This document shows, piece after piece, positions 36,439 through 37,246 of a DNA stretch of 37,246 nucleotides. The stretch spans positions 1-37,246 of the forward strand of contig JYFJ02003818.1 of the NCBI GenBank assembly GCA_000934665.2, read 5' to 3'. Positions within the stretch are counted from its first letter, which is position 1. Each line of letters opens with the position of its first letter. The notes under the pieces are model-generated. The model saw only the letters and a list, made by a program, of their open reading frames with translations, was not told where the DNA came from and did not search any database. A program made the translations under genes and the position numbers. The stretch is from Catajapyx aquilonaris (lineage: Eukaryota).

Positions 36439-36879
36439 GTTCCAACAATGCCAGCCTGTACAGCTTCAGTTTTAATCCTAAGAACCACACAATTTTCTGG
36501 AAATCCTTTGCCATGGCCCTTCAGCTTTATATGTGGTGCTTTTTCTATGGAACAAATATTGGTCGCGCAGATCCTTCCATAGAGAACTGAAGGCCAGACC
36601 TTTCCTTTTCACAAAAGCTCCCCTTGTTCTGATTTGCGATGGGGTATCGATTGTTTGTACAGCATCATAAAAGAGATACCCCCAGTGCATAACACAAGTG
36701 CTCTCCTATAATGGAACATGTCGATTTTGCTGCTCCTCACAGATTTGGGAACAAATTCTGTATAATTCGAAATTTTTGGGCTCGCTTTTTAAGCTGTTTG
36801 TCCACCGCTTCAAATAATTTGCATATTTTCAATCAACGACTCAAAAATGCATCCGCTAATTTTCTTAAATATTTTACTC

Positions 36880-36905
36880 GAACTGAACAGAAAACTGTTC
36901 AGTTC
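36880..36905. repeat. Perfect hairpin, 11-bp arms
   Basis: gaactgaacag-aaaa-ctgttcagttc, with CTAG at 36909-36912. Confidence 0.9.
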
Positions 36906-37246
36906 CCACTAGTTCATATTTAATAGGCGTGCACAAACTCGCCTCCAATTGAATTGGTCATTTTGACAAGGGGTCAATTGTAATGGTAAAAATGTAAACT
37001 TCTGCCCTTTTCAAAATGACCAATTCAATTAATACAGTACATTTTCGCACCACTTTTGCTCAATTTCAGCAGCCAATTAATTAATTAAACTCCAGAATTA
37101 AATAATCAAATAAGTTTAACCAATAATAATGAAACTATTATTGGATAATTTTAACAGTGAAATAATTTAACAACTAAATAGTTGACATTCTGGGTATAGC
37201 TTCCATCTAACTAATCTCCAGCATTTTAATCACTTCCCCCCCCCCC

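Noticed and set aside
1..37246. Uni-strand (flamenco-type) piRNA cluster, or a prokaryotic/integron cassette array
   Set aside because: TE fragments lie on both strands about equally, no recurring attC-like or other conserved spacer repeat was found, and all recognised content is eukaryotic TE-like.

Overview
Eukaryotic DNA, probably from an invertebrate animal: moderately AT-rich, CpG not obviously erased, no operon-like gene packing. I found no intact protein-coding or RNA gene. The ORF track (all <=183 aa) is mostly noise, or antisense/frameshifted shadows of decayed coding sequence. Manual translation across stops and frameshifts shows a dense patchwork of short (about 0.15-0.75 kb), heavily decayed, internal coding fragments from many unrelated mobile elements, lying on both strands. 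These include Ty3/Gypsy RT, RNase H and integrase; DIRS/Ngaro RT-RNase H; several non-LTR clades; a Helitron/Pif1 helicase; a hAT BED finger; and a Polinton/Maverick pPolB. They are interleaved with AT-rich linkers and a much younger layer of MITE-like inverted-repeat elements, minisatellites and many near-perfect hairpins. All family calls come from recognising motifs by eye, not from database searches, and boundaries of the coding relics are approximate. The most notable property is the architecture itself: many superfamilies, mostly sub-kb internal pieces, with no recognisable element termini. It could be a TE-fragment archive (dual-strand piRNA-cluster-like) or simply old deletion-shredded heterochromatin.
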